Shown here in pieces: positions 6,984 through 16,523 of a DNA stretch of 33,886 nucleotides. Each line of letters opens with the position of its first letter. Position 1 is the first letter of the stretch. The position numbers and the translations under genes are program-made. Location: positions 1 to 33,886 of the IMG/VR virus record IMGVR_UViG_3300014167_000007. The stretch is one strand, 5' to 3'. The notes beneath the pieces were generated by a model that saw only the letters and a list, made by a program, of their open reading frames with translations, did not search any database and was not told where the DNA came from. The DNA is from a virus (Duplodnaviria > Caudoviricetes).

Positions 6984-8892
6984 CCGGGATTACTACCGGG
7001 AGATTTGCGCTTCGGCCGGGAAAGCATTCCGCGGCCAGATATGGGAGAACTGTTCCAGGTTCACGCTGGTTGGAGGCGGTTACAAATCCATGCCGACGGC
7101 GCAGCGCGGGCATTTCAAGATTGAGAGCGCGAGGCATCTGGAAGGGCCACTGCGGGCGCTGCTCGACCCGAACGTGGAGATTGTGGGAGTGGCTGGCGCA
7201 ACGCAGGTGATGAAGTCGGTGCTGATTGACATCCTGATTCCCTACATCATGGAGCATGATCCCCGGAACACGATTGTGTATTTCGAGGATGATCCGAAGG
7301 CGAAGCTATTTGCGGATTCCCGGCTGATGCACACCATCCGCGGGCATCCGGTCATCAGCAAATGGATCAAGGAGGTTGACCGGCACAAGGCGAGCAACAC
7401 GAGGATTAACCTGCCCGGCATGTTCCTGGAGATTTGCGGGCTCAATCAGGGCAACACGTCCAGCGCGGCATGGCCGATGGTGATCGTGAGCGAAGCCTGG
7501 CAGCACGGGGCAGACGGCCTTTTGCGGCTGGCCATCAAGCGGGCGGATCGTTTCGTGGGGAACGGGCGGAAAGTGCTGATTGAGTCGCAACCCGGTATGG
7601 TGGGAGAGGATTGGCACACGGAAGCTGAGGCCATGCACAAGGTGCCGTTGACCTGGGCCTGCCCGGAATGCGGCGGCCGTCAGGAATGGGACTTCTTTGC
7701 CAAGCGCCCGGAGGATTTCAAACCAACCGTCAAGGATTCCTTGTCAGTTCCCAAGCCCGGCACTTATGCGGGGATGCGATTCGACGCAGAAGGTGAAATC
7801 GAAGAAAGGGCGGCGTCGGCGGTCTGGGAGTGCTTCCACTGCGGATTCCTGATTCGGGACGTGCGGCCGGTCCGCAAAGGCCTGATGGACAGCTACCGGC
7901 AGGATTACCAGATAAACGGAGTCTCTCCGAAAGCAGTCTGCTTCTACATCCCGCGTGAGGCGGCGACCGGGAACACGTTCCGGGACAGCGTGGCCAATTA
8001 CCTGAGCGCCAAGGCGGCGCAGGACATGGGAAACATGGTGCCGCTCGAAAACTGGTTTATGAGCGAGCGGGCGGTTTTCTACGACCCGCGGCTGGCGCAA
8101 CCTAAAATAACGTCGAACGTCGGAAGTTATGACCTCACGGAGATCATAAAAGACGAGCACCACCGCGGCATGGTGATTGACTGCCAGAAGCATCTCGAAT
8201 TGGATACCGTGGGGACGTTCTGGTATGAATGCTGGGTGGCTGCGAAAAACGGGGACAGCTTCCAACTGGAGCGCGGTTTCGTCGATTCGTTCGACAAACT
8301 CACGGAAATTCAAAAGCGATGGAAGATTCAGAACCGGTATGTGTGCATCGACGGCCGGAAGTGGACACCGGAGATTTTGCGGCAATGCGCGGCGCGCGCC
8401 GAATTGGTGGACGGCCAGTTTTTGGGGCATCCCTGCAAAATGTGGAGTAGTTGGATTGTGCTGCTCGGAGACGCACCGGCCCGGCATTATCAGCATCCGG
8501 ACAAGGTTTACCGGGTATGGAGCATGCCGACGCGGCGGCTTGAGAGAATCGTCGAGCCGGACGGAAAAGCGCGAGTCGTGCCCGTGCTCATGTATCGCTG
8601 GTCGAATCTCAGTGTGAAAGACCAGGTAAATGACTTGCGCATCGGCGGGGATGGAAAGCCGAAATTTGCGGCGCTCGCGCGGGAACAATGCCCGCCGGAG
8701 ACTCAGGCAAAGGAGGTTGGAGATTTGACATTTGAAAACCAGATGAGTGCGGAAGTCCGGACGGAGAAGAACGGCAAGGCATACTGGGAAAAGCTCAGGC
8801 CGGGGAACCATTATTGGGACCTGGCCTGCATGCGGCTGGTGAGAATGAACATGGACGGGCTTGCGGGGCACCAGGTTACGGTGGAGAATTGA
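6973..8892 (+). CDS. terL: Terminase large subunit, lambda gpA family
   Basis: Walker A-like GATQVMKS, CPECG...CFHCG zinc motif, 'VIDCQ' nuclease, C-terminal NHYWD; ATG 6973 preferred over 6775. Confidence 0.9.
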   Translation: MEADRDYYREICASAGKAFRGQIWENCSRFTLVGGGYKSMPTAQRGHFKIESARHLEGPLRALLDPNVEIVGVAGATQVMKSVLIDILIPYIMEHDPRNTIVYFEDDPKAKLFADSRLMHTIRGHPVISKWIKEVDRHKASNTRINLPGMFLEICGLNQGNTSSAAWPMVIVSEAWQHGADGLLRLAIKRADRFVGNGRKVLIESQPGMVGEDWHTEAEAMHKVPLTWACPECGGRQEWDFFAKRPEDFKPTVKDSLSVPKPGTYAGMRFDAEGEIEERAASAVWECFHCGFLIRDVRPVRKGLMDSYRQDYQINGVSPKAVCFYIPREAATGNTFRDSVANYLSAKAAQDMGNMVPLENWFMSERAVFYDPRLAQPKITSNVGSYDLTEIIKDEHHRGMVIDCQKHLELDTVGTFWYECWVAAKNGDSFQLERGFVDSFDKLTEIQKRWKIQNRYVCIDGRKWTPEILRQCAARAELVDGQFLGHPCKMWSSWIVLLGDAPARHYQHPDKVYRVWSMPTRRLERIVEPDGKARVVPVLMYRWSNLSVKDQVNDLRIGGDGKPKFAALAREQCPPETQAKEVGDLTFENQMSAEVRTEKNGKAYWEKLRPGNHYWDLACMRLVRMNMDGLAGHQVTVEN

Positions 8893-8895
8893 ATT

Positions 8896-9093
8896 ATGAA
8901 CGAAGAAGAAACTCGAAAATGGTTCAGAACCTGGCTAAAATCTGCTGTTGCTTCCGGTCAACTTAACATCCCGGCTGAGAAGCTGGACGAAATGATAGCG
9001 AGTACCACATTCAAGCCGTTTCCAAGATGGCTCTATGTGAGTCGCAGCAAAGACAGCGGACCTGCAGGGCATCAGGCAGTCTCTGAACCATGA
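8896..9093 (+). CDS. Small hypothetical protein
   Basis: 65-aa ORF filling the gap after terL. Confidence 0.5.
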   Translation: MNEEETRKWFRTWLKSAVASGQLNIPAEKLDEMIASTTFKPFPRWLYVSRSKDSGPAGHQAVSEP

Positions 9094-9434
9094 CAATAGA
9101 CTGGCAATCGGCATTCCGCGACGCGCATCTGACATCCTGGCCGCGCGCCGGTCTGCGCATTTCCCGAGTCAGTCCGGAACCCGGACAGGGCAGCCGGAAG
9201 ATTTACGACGCGGATAAGATGGAGATTCATGCGGCGGCCGAAAGGTTCGGCTACCAGATGACCGAAAAGACGCAGAGTCATGTTTCGTTCACGCATCCGA
9301 CACTTGCCGGAATGGCCGGATTGACTTGGCGACCAATTATGAATGACCGAGACGCCATGCCGCGAGCCCATGATTTTCGCCGCCGGGGACACGCTGCTTT
9401 TCCAGCGGCATCTCCGGGATTACCAACCATCTGA
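9090..9434 (+). CDS. Hypothetical protein (3' end overlaps next gene)
   Basis: ATGA-coupled start; 92-bp overlap lowers confidence. Confidence 0.35.
   Translation: MTIDWQSAFRDAHLTSWPRAGLRISRVSPEPGQGSRKIYDADKMEIHAAAERFGYQMTEKTQSHVSFTHPTLAGMAGLTWRPIMNDRDAMPRAHDFRRRGHAAFPAASPGLPTI
9321..9342 (+). promoter_or_regulatory. Late-promoter-like motif, copy 1
   Basis: TTGACTT-GGCGAC-CAATTA-TGA immediately before ATG 9343. Confidence 0.65.
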
Positions 9435-9966
9435 CGGCTGGAGCCTGCTTTACCAGATTCGCGGGGGTGTCACCGGGGATGCGGCCTGCCAGTTCACTTC
9501 CACGGCCCTGGGGGAACTCCATGAAATTTCCGTTGCCAACACCGTCACCGCGGGCTGGCTTACAGGTGCTTACGTGCTCGTGGGCTATGCGGTCAGCAGC
9601 ACGGAGCGTCATCAGATTTACTACGGTGAGTTGAGGATTCAGCCGAATCTAGGGACGGCGAAGAATGACGCGGTGGTGACGACGCATTACCAGCGCATGG
9701 TCACCATCCTGGAGCAGCAATTGGAGCAACTGGCGCAGAACATCCTCGTGGAAACCAACATCGAACGGACGCAAATCCTGCGCGTTGACCGGGAGAAGCT
9801 GGAGCGGCAACTGGCCGTAAACAAGGAACTGCGGGCGAACGAGATTGCCTGTGAGAACGTGCGCAACGGTCGCCCGAGCGGCAATGTCATTCAAGGCGTC
9901 GGCCAAATCGTTCCTTCGGGACCGCTCTGGGGGTATCCTGGCCGGCCTTACGCGATCAATCCATGA
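9343..9966 (+). CDS. Head-tail adaptor (gpW position)
   Basis: Between terL and portal; 'EP..F.AGDT..F.R.L.DY..SDGWSL.Y' pattern. Confidence 0.7.
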   Translation: MTETPCREPMIFAAGDTLLFQRHLRDYQPSDGWSLLYQIRGGVTGDAACQFTSTALGELHEISVANTVTAGWLTGAYVLVGYAVSSTERHQIYYGELRIQPNLGTAKNDAVVTTHYQRMVTILEQQLEQLAQNILVETNIERTQILRVDREKLERQLAVNKELRANEIACENVRNGRPSGNVIQGVGQIVPSGPLWGYPGRPYAINP

Positions 9967-11645
9967 AGCTGATTCCCTCGTTTCTCCGCCGGTCAAAGCC
10001 TGCCGACATGACAGGCGAAGTCATCCGGTCAGTCACCGTTGACCCGAACCATGCGGCCATGATTCGCGAGGCGACCGCGTCCAACCGGAAAACGCTGCGC
10101 ATGTATGAAGCCGCGCTGACCACCTCGATGACGCAGGATTTCCAGCCGACATTCGGGAGCGCCAATGCGGAAATTGTTTCGAGTCTGGACGTGGTCCGGG
10201 GCCGGTGCCGCACGCTTTGCAAGGATGATCCCACGGCCAAAGGTGCATTGCGGGTGTTCAAAAATAACGTGGTGGGTGATGAACCTTTCCCGCTGGACAT
10301 GCGCGTCGGTTCATGGTCCGCGGACGGGAAGACCTTCACCCTTGAAACGGAAACCAACCGGAAGATCAAAGAGGCATGGGAAGAGGCCGGATTGCCGGAG
10401 AATTGCACCGTGCGTCAGGACATGACGCGGATGGAACTTTATCAATGCCTCGAAGCATCGGCGCTTCGGGACGGCTCGGTTTATTTGCGGCATCGGCGGG
10501 GCTATCCGGCCAACAAATTCAGCTATGCCGTCGAACTCGTAGAAAGCGACCGGTTGCAGACCCAATACCAGGGATTCTACAATGGGAACCCAATTCGCTT
10601 TTCGATTGAGCGCGATTTCAATTACAACTTCCCGGTGGCCTATTGGATTCTGACCCGGCATCCAGGTGACCTGTTTGGCTACCAGGGACGGCCGACCAAT
10701 CTGTTCCGGGACCGCGTGCCTGCCGCTGACATCATCGCTTTCAATAATTTGCGGGACCGGGCGGAACAGGACATAGGTTTCCCGGAATTCGACAGCGTGG
10801 CGAACCCGCTGCATCGAAACAAACAATTCGACATAGCGCACGTCAACGCGGCCATTCGTGCGGCCTGCAAGGCGTTCTACATCACCAAGCAGATTCCCAC
10901 CGGCATGACCTATTCGGGTGACCCGAATTCGCAGTTTGGGGCGATTGGCTGGGGTGGTGGATTGCCTCCTTCCACGGATCCCAAGACGGGCGGCGCGAAC
11001 AAGCTCAACACGATCAAGCCTGGCGAAGCGGAACTTTTGGACTGGGGATTCGAGCCCAAGATGCTCGACCCGAAATTTCCAGTGGAGTCCGCGACCTGTT
11101 TCAAAAAGGACAACCTCAAGACCACGGCCAGCGGCATGGGGCTTTCATACGCGGCCATCAGCGCGGATTACGAGGGATTTTCATTCTCGACGGCGCGCGC
11201 CGCGCAGATACCAGAGCGGGATTACTTCAAGGTCCGGCAGAAAAACCTGATTAATACCGTCGTGCGCCGTCACTTCAACGAGTGGCTAAAATACGCGATT
11301 CTATCCGGAGTGCTTCCCGCAGAATGGATTGGCCGGCTGGAGGAATTGCAGAAGGCGGCCGACTTCACCGGCAAGCGCTGGCCCTACATCAATCCGCAGG
11401 ACGATGCCAAAACGGACATCATGCTGATTGAGGCGAATCTCAAAACACGCGGTCAAGTGTTGCGAGAAAGCGAAGGGTGTCAGGACTGGGAGGAAGTCAT
11501 CACGGCTTTGGCGGAAGAGAAGAAAATCGCGGAGGCGCATGACATTGACCTGACCCAAGATGTGACCAATCCCACCCTTCCCAAGGGCGAGCCGGGGGCC
11601 ACGAAAGCGCCGGATGCGCAACCCATAGGACCGGGGGGCAGTTGA
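9963..11645 (+). CDS. Portal protein, lambda family
   Basis: 'VRGRCRTLCKDDPTAKG', 'RDGSVYLR', 'VELVESDRL', 'SADYEGFSFSTARAA', 'WPYINPQDD' match lambda gpB-type motifs. Confidence 0.92.
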   Translation: MKLIPSFLRRSKPADMTGEVIRSVTVDPNHAAMIREATASNRKTLRMYEAALTTSMTQDFQPTFGSANAEIVSSLDVVRGRCRTLCKDDPTAKGALRVFKNNVVGDEPFPLDMRVGSWSADGKTFTLETETNRKIKEAWEEAGLPENCTVRQDMTRMELYQCLEASALRDGSVYLRHRRGYPANKFSYAVELVESDRLQTQYQGFYNGNPIRFSIERDFNYNFPVAYWILTRHPGDLFGYQGRPTNLFRDRVPAADIIAFNNLRDRAEQDIGFPEFDSVANPLHRNKQFDIAHVNAAIRAACKAFYITKQIPTGMTYSGDPNSQFGAIGWGGGLPPSTDPKTGGANKLNTIKPGEAELLDWGFEPKMLDPKFPVESATCFKKDNLKTTASGMGLSYAAISADYEGFSFSTARAAQIPERDYFKVRQKNLINTVVRRHFNEWLKYAILSGVLPAEWIGRLEELQKAADFTGKRWPYINPQDDAKTDIMLIEANLKTRGQVLRESEGCQDWEEVITALAEEKKIAEAHDIDLTQDVTNPTLPKGEPGATKAPDAQPIGPGGS

Positions 11646-11663
11646 CTTTCCGCACAATCTTGA
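11642..11663 (+). promoter_or_regulatory. Late-promoter-like motif, copy 2
   Basis: TTGACTT-TCCGCA-CAATCT-TGA, 1 nt before ATG 11665. Confidence 0.65.
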
Positions 11664-11664
11664 A

Positions 11665-13545
11665 ATGCCAGTGCTGACACACAGAGCGGTTGAGATCGAC
11701 GGCGAAGTTGACATCGCGTCGGGCATCATCCGGCTTTCTTTCGTGTCCGAACTTCCCGTTCTGCGCACCGATTCCAAGGGCGCGAAATACTGGGAAGTGC
11801 TGTCCCATGACCCGGGCGATGCCAATCTGGGCCGGATAAACCGGGACGGCATGCTGCTGGCCAATCACGATGAAAAACAGGAGATCGGCGAAGTGGTCAA
11901 GGGTAGCGTCCAAGTGGAGGCCGACAAGAAAACGCGAGCCTCGATCAAGATCACCGACCCGGCCTGGAAGGAGCGCATAGCACGGGGGGAACGGCCCGGT
12001 GTAAGCGTCGGGGCGATGATTCTATCGACGCTGTCAGAAGCTCCGGGCCCGGACGGAATCCCGGTCAAACGCTTTGCCTGGAGTCCATACGAGATTTCGC
12101 TTTTGGACGGCAAGCCCGCGGATGACACGGTGGGGATATTTCGGTCTGCGGTTGACTTGACGACAAAAGTTGAAGACAGAAAAAATTTAACTCCGGAAAG
12201 AACAAAACGTATGCCTGAAACAACCACCACCACCGTTGACCCGGCGATCGAGCGGGGTTCCTATCTCGCCGCTGACCGCAAACGAATCGGCGACATCACC
12301 CGGATGGCCGACCTCTTTGAGGTGGATCATGGCAAGCGTTCCGGCGGAAAATTCGCCGCCACCATCCGTCAACTCGCGCAAACCGCCTCCGAAAAAGGTG
12401 ACACGGCGGACTCATTCCGGGCCAATTTCTGGGACGCCTACGCCAAATCGGTTGAGGCCGACAAGGTGACCGAGAAGGCGCTCGGGATCAAGCGCGGTGA
12501 GTATTCGCTGGGACGGGCCATCCGTTCCTGTGTGGAACGAAACAAGGCCATGCCGGAGGGATTCGAGTTGGAAATCCACCAGGAAATCTGCAAGCGCGAC
12601 CTCGGGGTCACGCCGGGCGGTTTCATGGTGCCCTTCTCCGAACCCGAGCAGGACATTCCCATTTCGCGGACCAAGCGCGACTCCCAAGCCACGGTTTTCA
12701 ACACCGGCGGCGCTTTGGTGCCCACCGAGCTTCTGCCCCCGATTGAGCTGCTCCGGAACCGGCTCATCTCGACGCAGGCGGGAATCCGGATGCTGGCCGG
12801 TTTGACTGGCGGCAACATCCTGATTCCGCGTCAGACCGCCCCGGCAACCGCCTATTCCGTGTCGGAAATCGCGACCCTGACCTCAAGCAATCTGCTCCTG
12901 GATCAAATCGCGATGGCTCCGCACCGGGCGGGCGCCACCACGAATTATTCAAAGCAGCTTCTCCTGCAAGGGCAGGGTCCGGTGGAAGCCTTGATTTACG
13001 ACGATGCCATGCAGGTGCTGGCCCTCTACATCGACTTGATGACCATCGCGGGCAGCGGGTCCAATGACCAGCCAATGGGCATTCTCCAGACGCCCGGCAT
13101 TGGTTCGGTTCTGTTTGGCGGAACGGCCACTTACTCGAACATCATCAACTTCGAGAACTTTCTCGACATCAATAACGCGGATTCGGACGCCTCCTGCTGG
13201 GTGGTTACTCCGGCCGTCAAGAACGCATGGAAGAAAATCGCCGTCGCGCTCACGGGCTCGACCGTCATCGGTGGAGTGCAGAACGCCCTGTGGGTTGGCA
13301 AAGGCCGGGACGGTGAAGTGGCCGGTTACCGGGCCATGTCCACCAACCAAATGCCGAACAACCTCGCGCTGTTTGGCGACTTCTCGTCCTGCATGATGGC
13401 TATGTGGGGCGGGTTTGACGTGGTGCTCGATCCCTACACCCTGGCCAAACAGGCCGAATACGTCCTGACGATGAACACCTGGTTCGACATCGCGCTGCGG
13501 CATCCGCAGAAATTTTGCGCCAGCGCTGACGCGGGCAACCAATAA
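11665..13545 (+). CDS. Prohead protease - HK97-fold major capsid protein fusion
   Basis: N-terminal 'LLANHDEKQEIG' and 'PYEISLL..KPADDTVG..R' protease motifs; C-terminal 'GGALVPTE', 'IPRQT', 'GSGSNDQPMGI', 'FGDFS', 'DIALRHPQKF' capsid motifs. Confidence 0.92.
   Translation: MPVLTHRAVEIDGEVDIASGIIRLSFVSELPVLRTDSKGAKYWEVLSHDPGDANLGRINRDGMLLANHDEKQEIGEVVKGSVQVEADKKTRASIKITDPAWKERIARGERPGVSVGAMILSTLSEAPGPDGIPVKRFAWSPYEISLLDGKPADDTVGIFRSAVDLTTKVEDRKNLTPERTKRMPETTTTTVDPAIERGSYLAADRKRIGDITRMADLFEVDHGKRSGGKFAATIRQLAQTASEKGDTADSFRANFWDAYAKSVEADKVTEKALGIKRGEYSLGRAIRSCVERNKAMPEGFELEIHQEICKRDLGVTPGGFMVPFSEPEQDIPISRTKRDSQATVFNTGGALVPTELLPPIELLRNRLISTQAGIRMLAGLTGGNILIPRQTAPATAYSVSEIATLTSSNLLLDQIAMAPHRAGATTNYSKQLLLQGQGPVEALIYDDAMQVLALYIDLMTIAGSGSNDQPMGILQTPGIGSVLFGGTATYSNIINFENFLDINNADSDASCWVVTPAVKNAWKKIAVALTGSTVIGGVQNALWVGKGRDGEVAGYRAMSTNQMPNNLALFGDFSSCMMAMWGGFDVVLDPYTLAKQAEYVLTMNTWFDIALRHPQKFCASADAGNQ
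12152..12173 (+). promoter_or_regulatory. Late-promoter-like motif, copy 3, inside the fusion gene
   Basis: TTGACTT-GACGAC-AAAAGT-TGA, upstream of A-rich leader and in-frame ATG 12211. Confidence 0.55.
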
Positions 13546-13574
13546 GCAACCAACCGACCCAATCCATAAAAAAT

Positions 13575-14189
13575 ATGTTCAAGAAACTCACTCTTATCGG
13601 CGCGCTGCTCACGGCCTGCCTGCCCGGCGCGTTCGCGCAGTCCGGGTTCGACTATTACCAGGTTCCGCGAACCATTGTCATCACCGCGGCAACCAAGTTC
13701 ACCGGCTCGACGGTCTGGTCGAACAACCCCGTCGATTTGCATGGCTCGGTCGGCATAGCCAAGGTGGACATCGCCGTTTACACCAACGGCGCGGCCGGGA
13801 AGCTGGACATCAGCGGTTACACCAGCCCGGACCTGACTAACTGGACACTGGTGGGAAGCTGCTCGGTGGTCTCCAACACGACCAGCTTTAATTACACCAA
13901 CTCAACCTACATTTCGGCAGGCAACACCAATCCGATTCTGGCGACCAACATCCTGGCTTATCCGTTCCTGGCCACGACTCCGGTGGCCTCATCCGCCGGG
14001 TTTGCGACCTTATATCCGTTCCCTTATCCGTTCACCAACAGTTTCGTCATTGACGGATCGAAGGGCGGCACATTCGAGTTTGGATTCAACGCGCAGGACA
14101 TTAACCGATACTTCAGCCTGCAATACGCCGGGGCCTCCACCGGCACCAATTTTGTCGCCGCGTTCATCACCATCCGAAAACAGCAATAA
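13575..14189 (+). CDS. Signal-peptide-bearing beta-rich protein in capsid decoration/cement position
   Basis: MFKKLTLIGALLTACLPGAFA|Q; 'SPDLTNWT...RYFSLQY' resembles jelly-roll cement proteins. Confidence 0.7.
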   Translation: MFKKLTLIGALLTACLPGAFAQSGFDYYQVPRTIVITAATKFTGSTVWSNNPVDLHGSVGIAKVDIAVYTNGAAGKLDISGYTSPDLTNWTLVGSCSVVSNTTSFNYTNSTYISAGNTNPILATNILAYPFLATTPVASSAGFATLYPFPYPFTNSFVIDGSKGGTFEFGFNAQDINRYFSLQYAGASTGTNFVAAFITIRKQQ

Positions 14190-14192
14190 CCC

Positions 14193-14489
14193 ATGAAACT
14201 CATTGCCAAAGCCGGTTTCCGAAACAACATCGAGCCCCCCCTGGAGATCGACAAAGCCAAAAACAAGGATCATGTCCACAAGGGGGCCATCTTCGAGTAT
14301 GGTCGCGGTGCGACACTCAAGGAATGCTCCCAGGCGGAGCAGCGCATCATCGGACAACTGGCGCTGGCCGGTTGCATCGCCGACGCAACGGACTCCAAGA
14401 TTGTCAAACGCATTCAGGATGAAGTGGCCCAGGAGGCCAAGACCGAAAAGAACATCGCGGAGCAGAACGCGGGCATGGCCGGCAAATAA
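14193..14489 (+). CDS. Small head-region hypothetical protein
   Basis: 98-aa ORF in operon, followed by hairpin. Confidence 0.7.
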   Translation: MKLIAKAGFRNNIEPPLEIDKAKNKDHVHKGAIFEYGRGATLKECSQAEQRIIGQLALAGCIADATDSKIVKRIQDEVAQEAKTEKNIAEQNAGMAGK

Positions 14490-14509
14490 TTTTTGTGGGT
14501 GCATGTCAA

Positions 14510-14552
14510 GCCGCCGCGCCGGGTACGAGACGGCGCGGCGGCCTTTCACTTT
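14510..14552 (+). terminator. Probable terminator closing the capsid operon
   Basis: 12-bp perfect stem GCCGCCGCGCCG/CGGCGCGGCGGC followed by CTTTCACTTT. Confidence 0.7.
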
Positions 14553-14918
14553 GTGAATCCCTACCAAATACATGCCGACGCCATCCAGGCGGTGCAGAAC
14601 GAGCTGGGGGACGAATGCCCGATGATTGTGTTTCAGACCAAGAATCTCAAGATTCTGCCCGGGAGCGCGCACCAGACAAAGGATTTGCAGGAGGGAGGAT
14701 TCCAGTTCAACTCGGACTTCACTTTCACGATCCTGGTCTGCACGCTGATTGCCGCGAATCTGACTCCTTCGGTTACGGACGCCGAATCAGCCAAGCTGAC
14801 GCTCCTGCAACGCGAGATAGGCTATCTTGGCGGGCGCTACAAGGTGTCTGCGGCCAGCATCACGGCAGGCGGACTGTTTCTCCAAGTGGAAGCCGACAGC
14901 CTCAACATCCGGCCATGA
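14553..14918 (+). CDS. Head closure / head-tail joining protein (by position)
   Basis: GTG start just after the hairpin; size and beta-rich C-terminus fit gpFII-like proteins. Confidence 0.55.
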   Translation: MNPYQIHADAIQAVQNELGDECPMIVFQTKNLKILPGSAHQTKDLQEGGFQFNSDFTFTILVCTLIAANLTPSVTDAESAKLTLLQREIGYLGGRYKVSAASITAGGLFLQVEADSLNIRP

Positions 14919-15703
14919 TCACCCCGACGGTCACCATCGATGCCAGCGGGTTAAATCGCGGACTGGCTTTGGCGGCGCTTTACACGCGCAAGACCCCGGC
15001 TCGGGCGTGCAATTACGCGGCGCTGGAAGTGGCTTTCGAGACGCAGAAGACAACTCCGATGGTGACCGTCCCGGAGATTGACTCGCAACTTTCGGTAATC
15101 AAAGTCGAGGTGATAGGTAAGCGCGGCAAGCCATTGAAGCGGAAATGGTTCACCGGAACCAAGACGGCTCGGAATCCGGAAGTGCCGCTGGCCGTGCTGA
15201 TTGTTCAGGCGCGCGCTAATCCAAACTCGCGATACAATCTGGAATTCACAAATAGCCGATACGCCCGGCCGTCACCTTTCAAGGGTGTTTCACGGGCGGC
15301 CGGGCGCATGGCAATGGCCCTGGCAGTTCACGAGATGATTGCTTTGCGGCACAAGTCGATTGCGTTTCTGCGGGCCGGATGGAGCCCGGTGATTAAGACG
15401 CTCAAGCAAGCCCGAAGAGGTTCAATTGTGAACACCGGCATCGAAGCCTTGACCCCGTCGAACGACACGCTTGGTGCGGCCATCCCGGCCAAAGAAGGTG
15501 ATGTCCGGGCAACCTGCATCATCGAAAACCAGGTGGGTTATAAGGGGCAGAATCAAGTCAGCTTCGACAAGGCGCTGCAACTTTACGGCGCTCCAGCCCT
15601 GCAACGGGCGCTCGACGGGCAAGGCGAGAAGGAGATGCAATACTACCTCGACAAATCCTATCAATCCGAGCTGGTGCAACCATTTAACGCGATGAATAAA
15701 TGA
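14915..15703 (+). CDS. Basic tail completion / neck protein (by position)
   Basis: ATGA-coupled start at 14915; Arg/Lys-rich. Confidence 0.6.
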   Translation: MITPTVTIDASGLNRGLALAALYTRKTPARACNYAALEVAFETQKTTPMVTVPEIDSQLSVIKVEVIGKRGKPLKRKWFTGTKTARNPEVPLAVLIVQARANPNSRYNLEFTNSRYARPSPFKGVSRAAGRMAMALAVHEMIALRHKSIAFLRAGWSPVIKTLKQARRGSIVNTGIEALTPSNDTLGAAIPAKEGDVRATCIIENQVGYKGQNQVSFDKALQLYGAPALQRALDGQGEKEMQYYLDKSYQSELVQPFNAMNK

Positions 15704-15924
15704 GCACTCCAATATTCAAAGGTCCAAAATTCGTGTTCGGAATTCAAGAACTGAAGCCAATCATCGGGGCTCCGGATGGCCGACGCAAACTCGTAATGAG
15801 ACATAATTGCATCGCTCGTTTTTTTGTGCGCTCTGCCGATGGCATCCGGCATTACGCCCTTGAGGATCGTGGGGACCATTGGTATTGCAATCCCGACTGG
15901 CTGCAAGGAGGCAACTTCCGCTGA
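15700..15924 (+). CDS. Small inserted hypothetical protein
   Basis: Coupled by overlaps at both ends. Confidence 0.5.
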   Translation: MSTPIFKGPKFVFGIQELKPIIGAPDGRRKLVMRHNCIARFFVRSADGIRHYALEDRGDHWYCNPDWLQGGNFR

Positions 15925-16484
15925 TGGCCGCTCCATTCTCAACCCTGCGCAGCAAGCTCAACCGGGCGGTATGCGCCTATCTGATTTCTCAGGGAGTCGG
16001 CAGCACTGAGGACACCGTGCCAGCCTATTCTCAGGGGACTTACGCATTTCCGAACACCACCGTTCGGGCGACGCTGGGAACGCCGGACCCGCCTTTCAGC
16101 GGCAATTACCGCATCACCCTGCATGTCAGCATCAAGGGCAGCGCGGTGCAGAGCGCACAAGATCCCAATGGCGACTTGGCACACATCGAATTTGATGAGC
16201 GCGTGGCGGCGGTGCAGGACGCTTTGATGATGGGGAACGGATGCGACAGCCTGGCGGACACCGCGGCGGCCATCAATGCGGCCGGCCGGGCGCTGGCGGT
16301 TGCGCAAGACCCGTCCGACCCCGCCAGTGTTCAACAGGCGGCCAACAATGCCGACATGGTGGACTTCACCCTGATTCAATGGATTGACCGGGGCTTCGGG
16401 GATGGCATGGCCGACGCCAAGGACTGCACCTGGGAAGAGATTCTGATTTTCGAGGCATACTGCTGTTCCCGGAACGTCGATTGA
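15924..16484 (+). CDS. Tail terminator-like protein (by position)
   Basis: TGATG overlap; acidic; immediately before tail tube. Confidence 0.6.
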   Translation: MAAPFSTLRSKLNRAVCAYLISQGVGSTEDTVPAYSQGTYAFPNTTVRATLGTPDPPFSGNYRITLHVSIKGSAVQSAQDPNGDLAHIEFDERVAAVQDALMMGNGCDSLADTAAAINAAGRALAVAQDPSDPASVQQAANNADMVDFTLIQWIDRGFGDGMADAKDCTWEEILIFEAYCCSRNVD

Positions 16485-16502
16485 CTTGCCGACCAATTGT
16501 GA
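16481..16502 (+). promoter_or_regulatory. Late-promoter-like motif, copy 4
   Basis: TTGACTT-GCCGAC-CAATTG-TGA, 20/22 identical to copy 1. Confidence 0.7.
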
Positions 16503-16523
16503 AAGTGAACACCAACTAATTTT

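Noticed and set aside
7744-8871. Long minus-strand ORFs (375 aa here; also 23519-24508 and 31275-32264)
   Set aside because: Antisense shadows of well-supported plus-strand genes, with no recognisable motifs
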